A stretch of DNA of 64,000 nucleotides. Origin: the human T2T-CHM13v2.0 reference genome, Homo sapiens. The stretch lies in NCBI RefSeq assembly GCF_009914755.1, contig NC_060925.1. The stretch is one strand, 5' to 3'. Of this stretch, positions 42,720-64,000 are shown in pieces (within the stretch, counting starts at the first letter, position 1; each line of letters begins with the position of its first letter). Under the pieces are notes generated by a model. The model had not been told where the DNA came from, did no database searches, and worked only from the letters and a program-made list of their open reading frames with translations. Made by a program: the position numbers and the translations under genes.

Positions 42720-45700
42720 AAGACATCCCTTCTCAGTCTTCCTTACTGAATCTTCTCCTCATATTCCCTTAATTTTTTTGATTACTCAAGTCCTGTCCTT
42801 GGTTTCTGTTTTTCACTCTCCCCAAGCAGTTTTATCTACTCTCACATTTGCCCCTTTCATATACAAGTTAGTCATTCCAAAATCTGTGTTTCCAGCCTCT
42901 ACCTCTCTATTGAGCTCCAGGCCCAAATGTCCAAATACCTACAGAACTCACCTACGCAAGAATTTTGCCCTCACACTATGCCATCTCCTGCGTCACCAAA
43001 TTCCCTCCCTTAAAAAAAATCCTTCTCTTGATTGCATGTGTCTCTCCAGCTACTACACCATTTCTCGGCTCCTCTTTGTGTAGTGAAACTTCTCACTTTC
43101 TTTGTTTCTTTGTTAAAAGTGAGGTTTTTATCCCCATTACTTTTTTGAGACTGTGCTTATCAAGGTCACCAATAACCTTCATGTTGCCTAATTCAGTTCT
43201 TAACCTACTTGACTAAATGGCAGCATCTGACTAGTTGATCATTTTCTCTTTCTTGAAGGACTGTCCTTCCCTGGCCTCCACCCTATACTGATTTTCTTCT
43301 CACTTCAGTGGCCACTCCTCTGTCTCTTCATTGGATCCTCTTTCTTTTCTCAACCTTTAATTATTGGGGATTCTAGTGTTCCATCCCCAGACTTCTACTA
43401 ATTTTTTTCTTATACTCATTTCTTAGAAAATCTTAACCAACTCTGTCATTTTAAATATCATCTATATGTTAGTGATTCCAAAACATGTATATCTGCAACC
43501 TCTCCCCTGAACTCCAGACTCATATCTCCACTGGCTACTCCACTTGGATGTCTAACAGTATTCCAAACTAAATGTGTCCAAACCAAGTCTTTGATTCCTT
43601 GCTGCCCAAACCTTCAGCCTTCTCCATATCAGTAAATAGTTCTACCATTCGCCCTGTTGCTCAGGCCAGAAATCATCATGGACTCCTCTGTTTCTAATAC
43701 GCTCTTTGATCCACTAGCACATCCATCATCCTACCTTCAAAATATATTCCAAATCTGATTGACTAGTTCTTACCACCTTGATCACTGTTACTCTCATCCA
43801 AACCACTATCATCTCTCACCTAGATCCCTTCCTCCTAACTGGCTATCCTACTTCCACTCTCCCCCAACTATATTCTGAATGATCCTTTTACAGTGTAAGT
43901 TAGGATATGCCACTCCCCTGTTCAGAACTCTCCAGTGATTCATGTCACACTTAAAATAAAATCTAAAATTCTTTCTACAGTCTGCAAGGCCCTAATGATC
44001 TGGCCTCTTGCTACATTCTGACCTTATGTCCTTCCACTCTCCCCTTCCTTTTTTTGTACTTCAGCCATACTAGCTTCATTGTTGTTTCTCAAACATATGC
44101 CAAGCACATTGCTGCCTCTGGACCTTTATACTTGTTTACTTTAGAAATACTCGTTCCACAAATATGCTTATGGCCCATTTCCTCACACCATTCAGGTCTC
44201 TGTTCAAATGTTACCTCCTCAGGGGGACCACCCTATCTAAAATAACTCTTTGATTTGCTGTGCTTTTAGTCTACTCTATTTTTTCCCTAGCTTATAACCC
44301 TACAGGAGTTATATCATGTACACATCTGTTTATTGAATATTATCTGCCTCCCATATTAGAATGTAATTTCCATAAAGGCAAGGAATTTATCCATTTTGTT
44401 CAGTCACCAAGTCCTATCTATTCTACCTCTTTAAAATATCTTCTAGCTGAGCATTGTATAATCCCAACACTTTGGGAGGCTGAGGTGGAGGATCACTTGA
44501 GCCCAGGAGTTTGAGACCAGCCTGGGCAACATAGACCCTGTCTCTACAAAAAAATAAAATAAATTTTTAAAAAATCTTCAGTTCATCTTCTTTCCATTCC
44601 TACTACCTCTGTCTTAATTCAGTTGCCATCATCACTTGCTTGGACTATTACAGTATTCTTCTACTTGATTTTGTACCTTTGTTTTCTTCTATCCAGGCCA
44701 TTCTCCCACACTACTACAAATCTGATAGCACTATAGTTGATATCTGTTCATGCCTCTCCCCTACCTAAAACCCTTTGTAAGGGATACCCTCTTTGCATAT
44801 TGGATAAAGTCAGTCCCTTAACACAGCATCCAAGGCAATTTCTAGCCACTTATTCTGCTACCTCCTTGCCTTTCCTCTCTAGCAGTCCAAAATGCTTATA
44901 TCTCATGTGTTTCTTGCCTCTGTCCTTGGAACATGCTGGTTCTTTTCTCTTAAATGTCCTTTCCTGACTCTCACAAAGATAAATATTACCTCCTCTGGCC
45001 ATGCTTCTATTGCATTTATTATACTGTGCTTGATTTTTTTTAATACTTACATGAATGTCCCATTCATGTGACACTGTGAGCTTCTTAAAGGGAGAAAATT
45101 GTGTCTTATTTAGGGCACAGCTCCTGTCACAGAGTCAGGGACAGATGGAGATGGGAGTAAGGCACAGGAAGTGTTCAAAGTAGAAGGAACTTTATGTATG
45201 AACACTCTAAAGCATGAAGGAACTTGCTTCATCTTTAGGAAAGAGAGGAAGCGAGTGTGACTGGAGACCGGTGAATAAGGGGCAGAGTAACAGGAGAGCA
45301 AACTAGAAAGACTATGGGAACTAGATCATGCAAGGCCTTGGCCATGCTAAGGATCTTGAACATTATCCCAAGAGAAATGGGAACCCTCTGAAAGATTTTA
45401 AGTAGAAGAATGACAAAATAAGATTTGCATTAAAAAGTCAGGATGGCTATGTAAATAATGGATTGAAAGGATACAAGAATGAATACAGAGACGAGATAGA
45501 CACTATTTCAATAGTCCAGGCAAAGGGTGATCGTGGGTTGAATTAGAGTGGTAGCATTGGGGATGGTGAGAAGTAAATAGATTCAAAATATATCTTGGAG
45601 GTAGAATGAATAGGGCTTAGTAACAAAGTGAGGGGGTGAAGGAGATAGATTTGCACAACTGAATGGCTGGTGGAATCATTTACTGAGATGCAGATTTGTC

Positions 45701-46540
45701 AGAGTAAGGGTCAAAAGAGAAACAATTAAGTTTTGAGAGGTTAAGTTTGAGACGCCTGGGTGTGAGGCATGTAGAGGAATAACACAGTTGAATATAGGGG
45801 TGTAGATTTCAGAAGAGAGGTCTGGACTGGAAAAATAATTGGGAGTCATGAGCATACAGGTTTTATGTAAAACCTTAAGAGTCAATGAGAGAACCTAGAG
45901 CAATTGTAGCATGAAAAGAGAAGAGGGCAGGCTTATGGGGAATTGAATATAAATTCATTGGATTAGAGGTAATGAGAACATGAAACTCAGAGGGCACAGG
46001 GACCTTGAAGTTGCCCAGGAAAATGGTAGAAGTTGAGGGTACAGGAAGGCTGTGAGTGAGGTGCTTGCAGGTCTTCAGAGAATGAGGGAAAATGACCAAC
46101 AATTTGGAAGATAATTGCACTGGGAAGGGAGAAAAGATGAATAGATAGATGACACAAACCTCTAAAAGACAGAAAGATTTTCCAAGAGGTAGAAGGAGCA
46201 ATGGGGATAGACAACCTAAATTTCCCCCTTAAGTATATTTTCTGTTTAGATAATGAGGATCTTCAAGAGTATCTTTGGATGTTGCAGGTTAAATAGATTC
46301 AAAGAAATTCTGTCTGTGCTGTTCCAGACCAAGCCAGTCCCCTGGGTCTTATTCAAGGCAGGAAATCTGGTAGAGTGAGGCCAAAGCAGCGGGAACCTGG
46401 TGCAGATAAGAGTGAGAAATAACAGGCTATACTGCATTCAAGTGAGAGGTGGTGAGGGATTGAGCCAATGCAGGAGCAGAGGGGATAAACAGGGAGAGCT
46501 TGAGGAAATACCTCTGACATATCTGGAGACTGAGCTCAAT
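42720..46540. mobile_element. L2 fragments in both orientations (with a FLAM at ~44447-44560), including an endonuclease-like remnant at ~45875-46200(-)
   Basis: Pyrimidine-rich L2 ORF2/3' motifs; IFLGNFKVPV resembles the APE motif IILGDFN. Confidence 0.6.
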
Positions 46541-46544
46541 TACA

Positions 46545-47010
46545 TGGCTACTGATTCAATCATTCATTCCTACGTAAGGAAATCCCTGTAAAAACTCTGA
46601 ACACCAAGGCTCAGAGGAGCTTCCTGGTAGGTGAACACATCAGGGTACTGGAAAGTGACGCATCCTGTCACTGTAGGGGAAAGGGGAAGGATAATCTGAA
46701 ATCAGAAGCTTCCCAGATTTTGCTTTATGTGTCTCATTTGACTGGCTCTGTTTTGTATACTTCATAATAAAACTATAATCACAAGTATAGCACTTTCCTG
46801 AGTTCTGTGAATCATTTTTGGGAATTATTGAAACTGAGGGCATTGTGGGAACCTCTGAAATTTTAGTCAGTTGGTCAGAAGTTTGGGATCCCTGAACTGT
46901 GGCTGGCATCTGAAATAAAGCCAGTCTTTCTGGGGTCTGTGACCTTAAAAAAACCTGTGAAGTCTGACACTAACTCCAGGTGGTTAGCATCAGAATTGTA
47001 TTGCAGTTGT
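46545..47010 (+). mobile_element. MER21-like LTR
   Basis: aaaactctgaacaccaaggctcagaggagcttcctggt...aataaaactataatcacaagtatagcactttcctgagttctgtg. Confidence 0.7.
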
Positions 47011-48465
47011 AATTGGTTCTGAATAAAAGGTAAGAGAAAATCCTATTCAAACTGACTTTAAAAACTAAACGGAATTTATTGGTGCACATTACTGAAAAAT
47101 CCAAAGTATAAGACTTCAGGGCATGGCTTGATATAGCAGCTCATATAGCATTACCAGGACCTGGTTTTTCTGTATCAGGTTTTCTGTTCTGCTTCCTTGA
47201 GATTGGCTTCATTCTCAGCAAACTCTCTCCAGTGCAGGATGGCTGCCAGTAGTTTCTGAGGCTATGTGCTTGTGGATTTACATCCAGTTGAGAAGAGAGG
47301 GAGAGAGAGGATCTTGATGACTCAAACAGATGTCCGATAATTGAGTATGATTGGCCTAAATTGGGTCATGTGACCATCCCTGAACAAACTACCATGCCCA
47401 GGACTATTGCCATAAGCCATCTAGAGCCTATCCCTAAAACCAGAAGTAAGGTCAGTCTTACCCAAATCATTTTGCCAAAAATGGCTTGCCTTAAGCAAAA
47501 TCTGGGTACTGTTGTTAGGAAAATGGGGAAATGAATATTGGGGATACAATTAGTCATGTCCACTACAGTGTTAAATTGATATTTATTTAATTGACTCTTC
47601 ATTTAAAATATTAACTGCATTTTGGAAAGCACCTCCAAATCCCTTTAGTTCTTAATTCTGCACTTAAAGAGTTTTCTATCTGAACTCTAGTTGGTTTAAG
47701 TATTCTGTGAGATTCTCTTTGCAACCTAGGGATTTGTTAGTGCAATTCAGTAAAATAGAAATACTGCTTGCCAGATTATGTTAAAAACTCACCTTCTCTA
47801 GATGTAATTTATGTCCAATTTAATTATTCAGAGAATAAACCCTAAGAAATAAGTTAGGTTGACAGAGTAAGGTGATTCTGATAAAAAAAAAAAAAGGTTG
47901 ACAGAGTAAGACGATTCTGCAAAAGAACATTTCTTTGCCCTCAGCTCTGCAAGACCACTTGGAACTACCAAAGTAGATATCACAAAGCTTATACACCAAA
48001 GCTCCTGGACTTTATTAATGGGAAACATTCTCAGATCTTCATTTAGAGCCAATTTGCTATGATTCTAGATATAGTTCTAACAGATTAAGTTATCTGGTGT
48101 AGTGAACCTATGTTGTTCACAATTCTTTTTTTTGGGTAATACTATTTTGATTTTCCTCTGGGTAAACTAGCTCTCTCACTTTCGGTTTTGTGGGTTTTGT
48201 AGGGCTGATACCACCCATAAGGTTGAGGAATTGTACATGACCAAGATCCAGTCAGTCCCTTGTCCACAGTAATTGATGCTGAAATGGGCAAGTGGCCCAA
48301 TTTGGGCTATTGCGAGCCCTACCCAGAACTTTGCCTGCAACTCTGATGGGGTTGCTAGATTGTTAAGATGTAAGCCCAGATCCATATGGGATACCCTGAG
48401 GGAAGATCCTGCTGGAAAATTATGCCAATGTAGAGGAAAGAAGAGCAGAAAGATAGAAATAGATT

Positions 48466-51475
<3,010 letters not shown>

Positions 51476-52079
51476 ATTTTATTTTCTACTGCTACACTTT
51501 CATACATCTGATTTTCAGGGCAAATAGAAGTATTTTCTGATCATCAATACACTGCAGTATTTCACACTACCATGCCTTTGTTTACAAAATGCTTTCGCTG
51601 TCTCACTGGTTCTAAAAAATAATAGAAATCTTTAAATCCTTGTTTCATACAATAGTCATGATTTTCCTTATAATAAGAGCCATTGGATTTTACTGTGATA
51701 CAGATATTTTTTCTTCTTCTGAAGCATATATGAAGATTAAGTGGTTTTTGAAATCTATTAGGCCTTTACAAATTATTTGTAAGTCCAAATCCTAGAGAAT
51801 TAGGATTCTAGATAACAGAAGTCATTTTCAAAAGTCCAAGAACTCTTTAGTGTCTCCCAAGGTTATCTAATAAACAACAACAACAAAACCAATAGGACAC
51901 AAATTTGGGAAGTGGTAAATCTCATTTTGTAGTTGGAAGTGCCTATATTCCTAACAGGCAGAATATTCAATAATTAAAATATCTGCTATGGAATAATTTT
52001 GTAGATTAAAAAAGGCACGAGTAATGTTACCTTGAGTATACAGTTAGTTTGGCTACAGTATGGTTTGAGCTTTTCAAAA

Positions 52080-54660
<2,581 letters not shown>

Positions 54661-55031
54661 ATACACGTAATTTTTTTCTTTAAAAAAATCCATTTAGGCC
54701 AGGCGTGGTGGCTCATGCCTGTAATCCCAGCACTTTGGGAGGCCGGGGTGGGTGGATCACCTGAGATCAGGATTCAAGATCAGTCTGACCAACATGGTGA
54801 AACCCCATCTCTACTAAATACAAAAAAATTAGCTGGGTGTGATGGCGCATGCTTGTAATGCCAACTACTTGGGAGTCTGAGGCAGGAGAATCGATTGAAC
54901 CAGGAGGCGGAGGTTGCAGTGAGCTGAGATTGTGCCATTGCACTGCAGCCTGGGCAACAAGCGTGAAATGCCATCTCAAAAAAAAAAAAAAACAATTTAA
55001 TTTGCCATACTAAAAGTCTAAATAAGAAAGT

Positions 55032-58870
<3,839 letters not shown>

Positions 58871-58871
58871 T

Positions 58872-63880
<5,009 letters not shown>

Positions 63881-63950
63881 AGAAATCAATTTTTGTTATT
63901 GTTTTTGATACAGACTCTCACTCTGTCTCCAGGCTGGAGTGTAGTGGTGC

Positions 63951-64000
63951 TGTGTCCGGAATTTTTTCTTTCTGGTGGGCTCTTGGTCTCGCTGACTTAA
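63951..64000 (-). mobile_element. Edge of an LTR12 (ERV9) LTR inserted into an Alu (63890-63950); continues beyond the window
   Basis: tgtgtccggaatt...tggtgggctcttggtctcgctgactt matches the reverse-complement terminus of LTR12. Confidence 0.8.

Overview
This is human (primate) genomic DNA. I recognise it from the encoded proteins as the SORT1-PSMA5 region of 1p13.3. Both genes are on the minus strand, head-to-tail. SORT1 coding exon 1 (368-673; signal peptide, propeptide, furin site) and its CpG-island promoter lie at the left end. The complete 9-exon PSMA5 gene (20S proteasome alpha-5, 241 aa, CDS 4794-29115) reassembles exactly at GT-AG boundaries, with its CpG-island promoter at about 28.8-29.8 kb. 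The remaining ~34 kb contains no recognisable gene and is almost all transposon-derived: an ancient ERV-L provirus (LTR16-type) with nested MaLR/THE1/Alu insertions, L2 and L1 fragments, a MER21-like LTR, a MER4-group ERV1, a near full-length HSMAR2 mariner, and the edge of an LTR12. Nearly all ORF-track entries outside the exons are Alu/LTR/L1 artefacts. I see no clear evidence of a wholly new biological system. The best leads are an in-frame PSMA5-SORT1 read-through possibility, ATG-skipping 5'UTR donors and candidate poison exons in PSMA5, a stop-free exon 3-8 circle, a locally copied atypical Alu, and a perfect 22-bp hairpin. Repeat family names are from memory of consensus sequences and repeat boundaries are approximate.
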